A stretch of DNA of 64,000 nt from Lama guanicoe (GCA_013239625.1 MU053482.1:2333168-2397167), one strand, 5' to 3'; shown: positions 38,111 to 51,459, numbered from the stretch's first letter. A program made the numbers and translations. The notes: generated by a model not told the origin, from the sequence alone.

Positions 38111-40880
38111 AAAACCCTGAAAAAACTGAGGAGTTAGAGGTATTAGAACCTTTACAGTTGGAGGATATGATTAGGGTTGGAAAGAGATTAGTATTAGTAT
38201 TTAAATTTTAAAGAGATTAGATTAGTATTTAAATTTTACATAGAAAATTAAATAAAGAAGAAAAGACTCCTACTTGACCCAGACAACTGGGAAGAATGCC
38301 AAAAGTTTACTCTTTTTGTAAGAGTAAATCAAAAGATTGGCTGGTTGATAATTTGGCTAGGCTTAGAAGAGATTTCTTGAACAGCTAAAGATGAGTGTGG
38401 AGTGCCATATTGTGCCGGAATTAAAGGATAGGAGTTTAAAGATTGAAAGGCTCACATGGAGCCTTGAATACTGAGAGATAAAAGATTCACACCAAAATTT
38501 CACATCACTAAGAATTTTTGGAATATCATGGATGACAAAGATTCCAAAAGCTTTCAAAAAGAAAAAGATGATTCAAATACAAAGGATTAGGAACAGAATT
38601 GTACAGGACTAACCAATGGTAATAATGGAAGCTAAAAGACAATGGAATAATACTTTTAGAAAAGCAGACAGCACAGAATTTCTAAACCTCGCCAAGCTAT
38701 CAACAAAGACTCAGGAAAGTGATTTCCTATGTATCACATTGAAGGATATGCTCCACCAAAGCAAGGGAAAACAACAAAGAAAAAAGCATAGGATCCAAGA
38801 AATAAAGGATCCAACAGAGAATAGAAACAAAGGAAATTCTGAGAATAGTATTGAAGGAAAAGTCCAGGATATTGGTTGTGTAGTGGGCCTTGAGAGCAAC
38901 CAGTCCAAAATGAAATGGTAGGATAGAGCACTCCAGGAAGGATGTCTCCAAGGGAAGAAAAAAAGACCCTGCTAGATCACCTATAGTTTTAAGGTACTTG
39001 GAGATTTAAATTTTACATAGAAAATTAAATAAAGAAGAAAAACTAGGCAATTATTAATTTTGATAAAAATAAGTATTTGTATGAGAAAGGAGACATAATT
39101 ATAGTACATTATTTGACTCGGCTGTGAATAATAGGAATATAGTACAACCACGTAAGCAGTATATGCTGATTTGATCCAAAACAGCTATTTAACTGTTATT
39201 AACATATTATAATACTAGCATAGTAGAAGGGGACATGATAGGGAAGTATAAGAGAATTAAGGAACAGTTTAAGTTTTTAAAAAAATTTTAAATTATATAC
39301 ATTTTTTGATAAAAATTAAATTTAAAAAATATACCCCATACATTAGGAAAGCATTCAGCCACAAGAAAAGACAACTTACGGTGGTTTAGATGAAGGTGTA
39401 TTATTTTCTCACATATGAAGAAGAATGGATGTAGGTAGCTGCTGGCATTAATTTAGCAGCTTAACAATTTCAGGGCTGTTTCTATAATTCTCTTGAATAT
39501 TCCCCCATAGCCACATGATGGGTGCCCCAGCTCCAGGTATTACATCCACATTCAAGGAATGAGGAAGGAGGAAGGGACACTGTGCTAGCTATTCTTTTTT
39601 TTATCAGGAAAGCACAAGTTCTCCCACAAGTTCCCTGAGCAGTCTTCTGCCTATATCTTCTTGTTCAGAATTCACATGGCCACTTACAGCTGCAGCTTGG
39701 GTGAATTTAGCTTTCCTAATCTCCATAGATGAGTCAGGCAGATAGAAAAAGGCTGAAAATGGCTAACAGTGTCTGCCAAGTTGTGCAAAAACTAAAGTGT
39801 GTGTACATGTGTGCACATGCACACGCACACACCAACAATGTAACAGGCAGATGGAATGCCAGGTTACTCTGTAACCGACCACTTTTGCACCTATTTGCTT
39901 ACATCTGCCCTACTTTCTGCATTTTAAAACAGCACATCCTCTACAGACACACAAGTCTGTGGTACAAACATACTTCAATTTACTTAACTACTAATGGACA
40001 TCTAGATTATTTCTACATGTTTGCCATTAGAAACAATGCTTCAATAAACTCAATGTTCTATCTTCCTTGAAACTCATCTACTAGCTTCTAAAACCACTTT
40101 TCTGTCTATTCTGCATCTGTCTCATTTATTAGTTCCTTTGCCTCTGCTCATTTCCTAAATGTTAGTGTTCCTCATTACTCTATCTTCAGTCCCTTTCTCA
40201 CTCTATAAATCCTTTTAGGGCAATCTTATCTACATTCATTGTGGAACTTACTACCTTTATGATGAAGACTCTATCTTATGCCCTGCCCTCATTTCTGAGT
40301 TTTAGACCCACAGAACTAACCATCACTTTGAACTTCTCCACTTAGAGACCTCACAGGCACTTTCAAACTTAACTTATCCCTCTGATCTTTCCCATAAGAC
40401 TTGTACTTTCTTCCATATTCTCCATTTTGATGAATGAAATTCTGCATTTTTAACACCCCATAGTTTCCTCTCCACTTCTGCTATTACTGCTAAGTTCAAA
40501 TAATCTCCTAAAACACTATGTTCATGGTCTCCTTCCCCTACAGTGGTTCTCTTGCCAGCTGTATCAAACACAAAGTACTTAATTTAGCATATATGATCTT
40601 CCACTAACTCATCCTCCTTCCCAATCTTATCTTTATTCCTACATGAAGGATTTCTACTGTAGAAAATGGCCACCTGAGACATACTACCTTGGGGAAATCA
40701 CAAATCTCTCTAAGCACTCACTCAGTCTCACTTTCTTCATCAGTAATAACAGCGATCTGAGCTCCAAAGTCCTGTTCCATTTTAACATTCTGGATTACTC
40801 CCTTTCCACCAACTTGGTAAGACAGCACCATTACACACCCACCACTCTTGATTCTTTTCCTAACCTTCCATCCCAACTAA

Positions 40881-41152
40881 AGATAGTCCCCAACTTACAA
40901 TGGTTCAACTTAAGATTTTTTTGACTTTATGATGATGTGAAAGTAATACACATGCAGCAGAAACTGTGCTTTGAATTTTAATTTTTTCCTGGGCTAGTGA
41001 TATGCAGCACACTACTCTCTCATGATGCTGGGCAGTGGCAGCCAACTGCAGCTCCCAGTTAGCTGCATGATCACGAGGGTAAACAACTGATACATTTACA
41101 ATCATTCTGTACCCATACAACCATTCACTTTCTGTACAGTATTCAATAAATT
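40881..41152. mobile_element. MER47-family (TcMar-Tigger) relic
   Basis: gtccccaacttacaatggttcaacttaagatttttt...gtacccatacaaccattc...cagtattcaataaatt. Confidence 0.75.
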
Positions 41153-41159
41153 CGATCTA

Positions 41160-41850
41160 CTTCTCCCCATCTTTAGCACCTGCAATCTAATACAAGTCAC
41201 CATCAACTCTTATCTGTATTACAGCGCCTCCTAATTTGTCTTCTGCCTCTTCCTTCACTCTTCTCCAATTCATTCTCTACACAGCAATCAGAGTGAGCTT
41301 TTAATAATATAAGTGAAATAATACATCCCCTTACTCAAAGCCCTTCAATGGCTTCCCCTTGTCCTTCAGACAAAATTCAAACTTCCTACCATGCATGGTC
41401 CATAGGGCTCTTCATCATCTGGTTCCTGTCCATCTCTCCAACCTCCACATACATACCATAAACACACTACTCTCCCCTTTATTCATCCACACCTCCTTGC
41501 TCAAAAATTCTTCCCCATTCTAATGCCTCTGACCTAGCATTCCCTCTGCCTGAAATGTTCTCCCCTAATACTTCAAATAGTTAGCTTGCTTTCATCTTTC
41601 AGGTCTCAGCTCAAATGTTACTTCCTCAGAAACATCTTCCCTGACCATACTATTTAAAATAGGTACTCTACATCTTTAGTTACTAACATATCCCATTATT
41701 TATTTTATAGTAATTATAAATCCAGAATTATTTTGTTCATTTAGTTCTTATTTCACTCCCCCTAGTAGTGTTAATTTCACAAGGGCAAAGATCTTGACTG
41801 TCTTAATCACAGCTATATCCCCAGCTCTTGACATACTACTGAATGAACAA
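41160..41850. mobile_element. L2 LINE 3' fragment
   Basis: cccttcaatggcttcccc, tctgcctgaaatgttctcc, tctcagctcaaatgttacttcctcagaaa, tgaatgaa end. Confidence 0.75.
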
Positions 41851-42708
41851 ATCTCTACCTTTACCTCTTCAAAAAGTCTTTCTTGATTAACATCATCTAG
41901 TTCTTTCTTTCAGAATCCCTTCAGTACTCATACATTGCATAGTTTGTATTACTTCATTTCTACTCCTTGATTGTTGCTTTGTAAATTTGTCCAAGTGGTT
42001 TATTTTTATGCTTATTGAAGGAAATAACAGGCTTTCCAAGATCTATCTTCTACTTTTCAGATGTCACTCAAGATCCACAGCAGTACTTAGCTGGACAGGT
42101 GCTGCAGGTACTCTGGTGGCCTTTTGAACACAGTTATCAAGTTATCTTCCTGACATGGATTATGCTTTATGCTTTAGCTCAACAAGGCAACTACTAATCT
42201 AAGCAGCCCCTGGCTCTTTAGCATTCTTGCAATGTGGCTGCTAAACCCTACCCACGGTTTAGATATTTAAATCCACAGCTGGCAAGCTCAAATGTACTGG
42301 CTTTATCACCATCAGGAGCTTCTGAAGGAAATGGGCACTGTGGGGACTGTATTCTGGGTAGAAACAGCTGAGATTCCTCAATCTGGCACCCAGTCTGATT
42401 AAATATCTCTTCTAGCTAGGCTGTAGAGTGGGAAGGAAAGTAAGGTGAGAGGAAACAGGGTATACTGCAGGATATCACAGAATCATGATTTGAGCAAGAA
42501 ATTTTAAGGTCACCTTCTCAATACCTTTACCTATACTGCACTGAATCCAGACAAAAGCAAGATAATGGATTTCTGTGGTGCACAGAATGGACCAGACTAG
42601 AAAACAGAAGAAATGACAGAAGTCTGCCTTCTTTGTAGCATTTATTCTCAGAGGAGAAACGCAAGGTTTCTAGCTAGCAACAGAACCACAACTAGAACCA
42701 CTTAGAAA

Positions 42709-42908
42709 TAGGGGTCAGCAAATACAGCCCATAAGCCAAACCCAACCTGCTGCCTGCTTATTTTGAACACAATCAACCCCATTCAGTTACTATCTATGTA
42801 ATGCTCTGCGTTACAACAGCAGAGCTGAGTAGTTTAGACAGAGATTGGCCTGCGAAGCCAAAAACATTTACTATCGGGTACTTTACAGAAAACATTTGCC
42901 AATCCTTC
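42709..42908. mobile_element. MER58A-like hAT-Charlie relic
   Basis: aggggtcagcaaa...acaacagcagagctgagtag...tttacagaaaacatttgccaatcc. Confidence 0.75.
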
Positions 42909-43859
42909 ATGTAGAGTACTCTTTAAAAAATATATACCTGGAGTCAGACAGAGCTGAGTTCAAGTTAAGAAGTTCCTTGCAGGGCTTTTGTGAGGATGAA
43001 ATGAGATGGCTCATATGAAGCATTTAACACTGTGTCAGTTGTAGAGTAAGCACTCAAATGTTAAATAAGTATATGTATGTGTACATACGTATTTTAAATT
43101 CTCACACGCAGCTTAAAACTGAAGCTGATTACCAGTCACCTTTTTTCTTAAAGGGCATGAAATCATCTTGCTCCATTTTTGTCCTCACGTACAGTTTGTA
43201 GATAGACATGGACTCCTGATTCTCACTTCAAGCCCAACACACGTCTCTGTCTAGCCTTGGAAATCTAAAAGGGCACTAGTATCCGTGCTGTCTCTTCTTT
43301 GTTTACTAGCTGAGTATACAATACACGACCCATTCTGTACCATAAGAACACAGACAGACTGTCCTTGAGTTTACAGCTGCTTAAAATCACATGGGGCTCT
43401 ACCTAAGGCAGCCTGTCACACTGCCTCAAGCCTTCAGTGTTCTGTCTCTTTGCCTTTGCCCTGTGACCCAACAGACATGTTATTTCAAAGAGAGCAGCCT
43501 TATTCCTGACTGCTACCTGCTGGTCTGAGATGGTGGTTTCTCAACTGCCCATGGCTGGCTGCATTTTTGTTAGAAAGGATTCACACATGGGCAGGGAACT
43601 GGACCAGATAACCTGTAAAGTTCTTCCTCCTCTGAGGTTCCATAAGGGCACACTCTGGAAGCAGTCTCCTCCCTATATCATCTCATAGTCAGCTGATTCA
43701 CCAGGGAGTGATGCAACTGTAATTAGACGTTGGTCTCCATCACTATTGTCACAATAGGCCAGGGTAACTACATCTTCCACTGAACTCCTCTAGAGCTTAT
43801 TGACTAACATCTGGTAACTGGCATAGACTTCCTGGTGGTATTATTTATCTTCTCATGGA

Positions 43860-44990
43860 ACTATCCAGTCAACATCTACACCTGAATAACTAACAGACTT
43901 CCCAAACTTAACTTGTTCAAGAGTCAAATTCCTGATTCTTAGTCCTTATCCCTAACCTGCTCTTTCTGTACTCTTACCCATTTTAGCAAATGACAACTTT
44001 ATTCTTCCAATTGCTAGGTCAAAAAACCTTGAGGACATTCTTGACTACTCTTTCTTTCAGACCCTTAATCCAATCTATCAACTAAACTTGTCAGCTCTGT
44101 CTTCAAAACAACCCAGAGTCTGATCTCTTCTTGCCCCTTTCACTGCTAGCACACTGCTCTGAGCCACCATCATCTGTCACCTAGATTAGCGTATGACAGC
44201 TTGCTGATCAGTCTCCCTGCTTCTACTCTTGCCCTCTATAGCCTAATCCACACAGTAGTCTGCTTTATAAAATAAGCCATGTCATTTCACCCCTTAGCAT
44301 AAAGTTTTCTCCGGTTTCCCATATCAGATTAGAAGTCAAATATCTGTACAATGATCTATAAGGCCCTTAGTAGTCTGGCCTCCCACTATCTCTCTCTGAG
44401 GTTATCTCCCATCACCACCCTGCTGCTCACTTTGCTCTGGCCACAATGGCTTTCTTACAGTTCTTCAGTCACATCAAGCACATTGACAATTCAGGCCTTT
44501 GCACCTGCTGTTAGAACCTTCTGCCTAGTACATTCTTCCCCAAGATATTGCGCTCTCTCATCTAAAATGTAATCTTATCAGAGAGGCCTTCCCTGACAAC
44601 GCTATATGAAATAGCAAGGCTCTAATCCACTCTACCCTGGCCATTACACTCCCCATTCCCTTACCCTGGTTTATTTTCCCCATAGCACTGATTACAACCT
44701 GATATATTACGTATTTACTTGATTTATTTTCTGTCTTCTCCTCCCACATGAATGCAAGTTCCATGAGAGCAGTTACTCCATTTTTGTTCATTATTGTTAT
44801 CTTCAATACCTAGATTATGCCTGACATGTAATAAGTGTTCAATAAATATGTGGGTAATAAATTAATCTGTCCTGTCCTCCCCTCTAATCTATAAACTCCT
44901 TGTACAAGGAAACTTTTCAGTCTTCTTCTTTGTGGTCCTAGCACCTAGCACTGTGCCCTGAACACAGCAAATATTCAAACAGTATTTGCT
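43860..44990. mobile_element. L2 LINE fragments
   Basis: caccatcatctgtcacctagatta, ggcctttgcacctgctgtt, gagaggccttccctgac, gtgttcaataaatat. Confidence 0.75.
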
Positions 44991-47900
44991 ATAATTAGGA
45001 TTTGATCATGGCTCTGTAAATCTTCAGCTTGTACCAGATTCTGATGTTCTATTGGTATTTCATGCTCCACTTCTAAGACTCCAAAGTTCACTGGTCCAAA
45101 ATCTATAGCATTATGGATGTCTTGTAGCATTATGAATAACTAATCTGTAGGGTACCACCCAGGGCTTTACTCACTGACAGAGAGTCTGATCAGATGCTCA
45201 GATTATAGGGCTAGTCATTTCATGGTCAGTTGGCTTTGCTATGTCCCACCATTCTTCCCGCAGCCTTCTCCTAATTCTAATGAGTTTTGCTAAAGCATTT
45301 GGCAATAAGCAAAAATCAATAAATAGGAAAGTAAAACTCTCTATTGCTGGATAAGTAAGGATATAGCCTGATGGTCAGTAATACTATCATATAGGAAAGA
45401 TAGTATATTATCCCATGACATGACTGCTTTTAAAATCAAAAAGTCCTTACCTCAATGAGAAGAACATTTATGAACCTGGTAGTTAAAACAAAAGAAATTA
45501 GAATAGGCAAAACTCTTGAGTGGTTTTTTTTCTCTAGCTTCAATACTTGAAAAATAACAATAAATAAAAAGTTACTCATTCATATCTCTGATTTTGGTTC
45601 TTAATCTAACACAGGAAAAAACAGCACAAGATGAAAGGACAAACAAAATAAGAGAGCCAGACATAAGAACAAGATTAATTTCCACAGCAGACTTTGTAGC
45701 AGCCAACTACACACAAACCGGAATAGGACAAAGGCACTTCCCTGAAGCCAAGAGAACAAACCCACATTTGACTGCTTACAGATGCTCTTTGCCAATCCAA
45801 AAAAAGTTGGCAGGCTGGATTCAAATAGTAAACATTACAGAAACAGCATGGTAAAGGTAGATAATTCAGAAAACTCAGCACTATAATTCTAATATAGGTC
45901 ACCAGTATAAGGAAAATAATCCACAATCTTCTCACTGGCATAAACCCCAGAATCAATGAAAACTAATTTATTATTTCCCCCCATCTCCCTCTGGGGCCAT
46001 CCCTTCCCTTTTCTGGTCTCTCTTCTATTGAGTTTGTACTATAGACCCACACAATCAATTTTGGTATCCTCAAAATTTCACTTCGGAGAGAGAACACTGA
46101 GTCAACACTGGTCTATACTACCTGATGTACCCATAAAGTGAACTGATACAGTACTTCTAAGGGTATTTCTAAGATGGTCCTGAGGCAGCAGCATGTGTTC
46201 CCAGAGAGCTTAAGCATGCTGCCTCAACCTAGCACTCACAGCTTTCCCACCCCTATCTCAGTCTGCCTTGGCATCTGTGACCCGTTTCCTCTTCTGTGCA
46301 ATCACTTGCACATCAGAGGTGTGAGAACAGTGAGAGAGGGACATCAACTCCATGGCAGTAGGGGGTGAAGGTGTCTCACAGTAAACTGCTGTGTGTCACA
46401 TCAGGACCATCAGGCAATAACCTGAGTCTTGAGGACACTTCTTCCTTCCAGCCTATTGCCTATGTTCTACACTATCAGTTCCTGTGTGGCTCAACTGAGA
46501 CAGACTGGAGTCAGAAAAGCAGATGGAATTCTTCCTACGCAGGATGAAGCAGCGTAAAGAATGCCAGGCAGAAGATTGTAGAGGCAGTTCTGCAGGGCTA
46601 GGAAACTCCTCGATGTCCTACGATAACCAAATGTCAATCATGTTAAATCTGGCATGAAAGGAAGAAAAACAGTCCACATTTTACTTCTTTGTCCATTCCT
46701 CTTTATTGCTTCCTGAGGCTTCCAGGAACCAGGATTATTTTGGCCTGAAGGTAAGAAGACTTGGACCCAATTTGCTTAATGAATCTAGACTGTTGTAAAG
46801 TGAAAGGAGGGAAGAAAGACAGTTACCTCTTTTCTAGGAATACATTTCAGTCACTCGCCACTCTGAGTTGACATGAATCAGATTAACTATCCTGTGGCTT
46901 GTGAAGGTAAAATACCTTTTTAAAAACAGAGCAGGATAACTGAACAGACATCCTTTGCACATAAATAACTAAAAACAATTCTATATCACAAAAGGGGAGG
47001 GCAAATCTGATCTTGGTATCTGTGTGTCATTATAATTGTTTTTTTAAAAAAAAAAAAAAGAGGATTCAGACGCTCTGCCCTCCATAGTCATCCTGTGGCT
47101 GGAAATGACAATTTCAGGGATCTAGGCTGACACCCCTCTTCCCTGACAAATTAAACATTCCAAAAGCTCAGAAAATATTGGAAAAATTATACAGAGCATC
47201 TACTTCATGTAAGAGACACTTAATTCATGCTTCATAAATTATTGCCTAGATGAATAAAGTGATTGTGAAATTCAAAAAAAAATAGTTAAACTACAAGAAA
47301 ATTCCAGACAAAACTACAAAGCTAAACATCAATCTAGTCCAGCACCAGTACAGTGACTTAAGGATAAGAGTCAGATACAGTTCTTTAAACTACTAATCCT
47401 TAGGCCCCTATAGGAGTCCTCCTATAGACAGAGGATAGTGTGGTCTTTGAACTCAGACCTCCAGTCCTGGAGTTTCTCCTTCTTCATGCCAAGAACAATC
47501 CTGCTAGAAAAAAGACTGCGCCAGCCCCAGCTCCATTACCTGGTCTGGGTAATGGAACAGCCTGGCTTCCTCCCTCTGTCCATTCTTTGGGGGTAGAATA
47601 GGAGGAAAGGGGAATGATGACAAAAGGTTTGGGGCTCAGGAAACCTTTTTTTCTCTCCCCACTCCCGTTGGAAGGTCAAAGGTAGATAAGACCAAAATCA
47701 AACGGAGAAGTAGATTTTGCAAAGAGGGGAAATGGATTCAACAAAAGTCATCTGGATTTGGATACAGTGACTGCCGAGAAAGCCCTCTGCCCACTTCGTT
47801 CTCTCCTTCTCACACCCATTAGGAGTCACCTCTGTCTGGGTCACGGGACCCGCCAAGCAGCTTGGGAGGCAGGGGGAGCTATCCTGGCTGCGAGGCTCAA

Positions 47901-48256
47901 GCCCCACGCAATCAAATTCGGTATTGCGAATAACGGGAAGGGAAGGGGACCTGCGGGCAAGACGGCAGGGGTCTCTTCTACTACAGAGAGACATGAAGGG
48001 AAGGGACTGAGCTTAAGGGAGCGCGCTGGAAAAGCTACGACGGAATCTCGAGAGAAACTGAAGCAGAGGGATGCTGGATGGAGGGGGATCCGAAACAGCA
48101 ACAGCAAGACAGCAGATAGCGGCCGGCCGCCGGCGGGGGCCGGGCCGGTGACTCAGTGAAAGCGGCCATGGGCGGGCCCCGGGAGAACTCACGGCGCGAA
48201 GGTGACGGGCCGCCCTGCGCGGGGACCCTGAGACGGGCGCGGCGGCGGGGGCTCAC

Positions 48257-48430
48257 CGTGTCCTTGGACGAGCCCAGCTTCTTGAGACCGTCCAAGGGTA
48301 GCAGGTCGGCAGAGTCCTTGTGAATGAACTGCACCGCCTGCTTCATTCGGCGCTGCTGCCGCAGAGACGCCGCCTCCCTCATGTCCGTCTCCTTGCGGCC
48401 ACCCTCGGTGAGGAGCCCTGAGTAAAACAT
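48257..48430 (-). CDS. NRIP3: NRIP3 coding exon 1 (MFYSGLLTEGGRKETDMREAASLRQQRRMKQAVQFIHKDSADLLPLDGLKKLGSSKDT)
   Basis: ATG at 48430, ACG|gtgagc donor, 174 nt; exons sum to 723 nt = 240 aa + stop. Confidence 0.97.
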
Positions 48431-48529
48431 CGCTGAGGCGCCCGCGGCCCAGCGTCCCCGTGGCTCCTCGCTCCCCCACCACCCTCAGCCTCGAGCTCCA
48501 CCAGCGCCGCGAGGGCCGCGCGCCGCAGC

Positions 48530-48554
48530 TTTTATAGCCGAGCGTGACGTCACG
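48530..48554 (-). promoter_or_regulatory. NRIP3: TATA box (TATAAAA 48536-48530) with adjacent full CRE (TGACGTCA 48545-48552)
   Basis: Read directly; about 100 nt upstream of the ATG. Confidence 0.85.
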
Positions 48555-51459
48555 GGGAGCAGCCAGTGCGTGCGCGGAGGGCGGGGCCTGCACAGCGCCC
48601 CCCAACCCGCGCGCGGCTTCTCCCCATACGCTGCCCATCTCGTCGCCGCGCCGCTGCCTGGGCACAGCGGGCAAGCAAGGGTGGCGGCAGTGGGACTGAC
48701 TCAGAGAGCCAAGGGTCCACCGCGGCCGCTTTACCCTACCAACCCTTCCCGTTGTGGGTGTCCCGCGTCCCCTGGACGAGATGAAGTGTGGGGGGCGCCC
48801 AATGCCAGAGCAGCCACTCCCACGCCAGCCGCCGCGGCCTCTTGGTCCCCACTCACCTGTTGACCCCGTGGCCGACCCCGGGACCACCGACAGCTGGGCC
48901 ATGCCCGGAGTCCCGGCGTCCGTGCTGCTGTTCGTCTTCACCAATTCCCACCTCCGCACGCCTCCTGGAACCCCAGCGCCCAACGCCCGGGCCCGGGAGG
49001 ACGGGCGGAGCACTCCAAAGTTGGGATCCCTCCGGATTTCTTCAACTTCAGATCGGTCCCCACCCACCAGGCCACGTGACTGGGGAGGGGGCAGCCCCTG
49101 CGGGCCGGTCCGAGTCGGCCTTCCGGGACCCTCCCTCCTCCCGGTACCCGCGCATCCGACCGGGGAAGCAGGGCCTGCCGGATGCCTGCGGGTCAACCTG
49201 GGGCTGAGGAGCGGCGCGGGTCCCGCCCCCGCGCGACTGCACGTGAGTGCGAGCCCTACACCTGCTCCCCGGGACACCTGGCAGAAAAATTTTCCTCAGC
49301 CAACACTCAGGCTTACAGTCAGGAGGGTCTTTCACCCGTCTCTTCAGCTTGCTTCCGAGAGCAGTTGGAACCTGGTTTTCTTCGTGAATCTTCCATACCC
49401 CTAAGCCATTCTAATAGGGCCTTCAGGCATCCTGGGTGCTGGCCTTGACGTTGTGACATACAAACTGCGTTTCCACTCTAGAAACCACCACCATCCTAAC
49501 CCACCCCACCTCAGAGGAGCAGGCATGGCACAGAAAACTCTGCTGCCTGAAGAGAACCAACAAAAGTAAAAATGCCAACATTTACTTAGCCTTTACTATG
49601 TGCCAGGTACTGGAATAAATACTTAAGATGCACTTTCTCAATGAATCCTGGCAACAGCTTATGAGATAGTATTATCATTATTTCCGTTTCACAGGCAAAT
49701 ATCTTAGCCCTCCTAACTAGTCTCCTAAATGTGCCTTGGTTTCCTTCCAATCCATTGTTCGCTGCTGCCAGAGTAATCTTTTCAAACTACAAGTATGATC
49801 ATCTCCCCTCCCTGCTTAGAGCACCTCAACAGGCTTCCTATTACTCGTAAGATAAATTCCCACATTCCTCTCTGGTCTGCCCCCCACCTGCATCTCCACT
49901 CTGTAACGCAGCCTCCTGAGCCTTCTTCCAGTTCCTTGGAGGAGCCATACTACCTCTTGCCAAATGGCCTACCTTTGAATATTCTATTCCCACCGTAGGG
50001 AATGCCCCCTCCTACCCTGTGCAGTAAACAGACCTCAGTTCCACTATGTTTTTTTTAGGAAAGCCTTCTCTGACCTCTCAGAGGGGGTGAGTTCTCCCTA
50101 ATTATAAACTATGCGTCTCTCCTGGACATTCTTCCCCCTTTTTTATGGTAATGGTGGGGTTGTTATTGGTTGTTTGGATAATATTTATCTCTTTCGCTAA
50201 CTGTTAAGTCCATTTTTTGCTTACCATTGAATCCCTAGAACAGAAAAGTCACTCAGTAAATACTCATATAAGTATAGCAGAAGTTTAGGTCTTGTCTGAG
50301 GAAAGCAAATGGTACAGCTGGGATTTTAAACCTAGATTGTCTGCCCCAAGAACCTGTCCTGGACTTCCCAATATGGAAGGGCTGGGTTTGACCTTGTGAA
50401 CCTGCTTCTTTTCCTCTATTCCCGCCTTCAGCACTTGCCCTAGATTCAGAGCTCACATACTCCTGTGGGAAGACAAATCCAGAAGGTCAGAAGGCTGCTC
50501 ACGTGGCTTCAAGGAAGACCCAGGGTGGGATTCCCTTTCCCCTAAAACACACTGGAGGCAGGGTCTCCTGGAGGGGCCAGGACGGGGGATGGGATTGCAG
50601 CTCACCTTCCAGTCCCCTAGCACACTTCCAGCAGTGGCAGCTCTGGCCCCTTCTGTCCTGTTACCTGGATCCTTGCCTGGTCACTCCTCCAGGTGAGAGT
50701 TGCCCAGGGAACAGTGAAAGAGAGCTTTGCCTTTTCTCTAGAACAGGTGCCTCTAAGCTCAGCAAAGCATCAGGACAGGTCCAACAGTGAGGGCCCCTGG
50801 GGCTATGGCCAGGACAGCTACTTTCCCCCTAAGAGGAAGCCAAGCAGGCAGATTCGGACTCCCCAACCTCAGGCAGCCTTTTTACTGAGGATGGCCGGAC
50901 AGAAGAAAGGGGCTCCTTTCATAGCTAGATTCCCCCACCCCCACTCAGAACACCAGAAGTTAAATGTCTCTGGCTGACCTGGAATTTGTCCATATCAAGT
51001 GTTACTGAAAAATAAATGGGGCCTTGGCTGGAGCTGGGAATCTTTTTGTGAATGCAGAGCTCTTTATTATAGTGGGATTTGTGTTCTGCAGTTGAATCTG
51101 TGGCCACAACATGGATTGGTTCCCTCATCTCTCAGAGATCTTCCTCAGCCAGACTGATCCCTTCACTGCTTTTAAGCCTGTGTCAATATGGTGAGGCCAA
51201 CCCCACCCCCTGCACACACTCTATGAGTTTCTGCAGACCACAGAGCTCTGGGTAGTTTATCCAGTTTGCCCAAATGACTGAGCAAATCACTTCCTACCTC
51301 TAAGCCTCAGTTTCCACATCTGTAAAATGGACGTAGTGCGACTGCAGATGAAATTGGGCTTTGTAAACTCTGGAAGGCTGTACCAAAAGAAAAGATAATT
51401 ATTAATTCTCCACATAGCCAACCTCTCCTGCCCCATTCACCTATCTTTGAAGAAGTATA

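Larger units (their letters stand above)
36760..39300 (+). mobile_element. Ancient L1/HAL1-like element with ORF1 remnant, interrupted by MLT LTR and younger L1
   Basis: ORF 38616.. MEAKRQWNNTFRK..LAKLS resembles the L1 ORF1p ARREW..IF..YPAKLS motif; boundaries approximate. Confidence 0.55.
47830..49300. promoter_or_regulatory. NRIP3: CpG island at the NRIP3 5' end
   Basis: Very high GC and CpG density around exon 1. Confidence 0.9.

Noticed and set aside
37445..38921. ORFs 37445..37687 and 38616..38921 as host genes
   Set aside because: Remnants of L1 ORF2 and ORF1-like sequence
47408..47427. Inverted repeat ctataggag-tc-ctcctatag, and a similar hairpin at ~55599-55633
   Set aside because: Short stems expected by chance in 64 kb; too short for pre-miRNA
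48189..49404. Long ORFs of 362 aa (minus) and 216 aa (plus) at the NRIP3 5' end
   Set aside because: Stop-poor GC-rich CpG island, low-complexity G/R/P/A translation, non-ATG starts; only the 46-nt segment 48902-48857 has splice support
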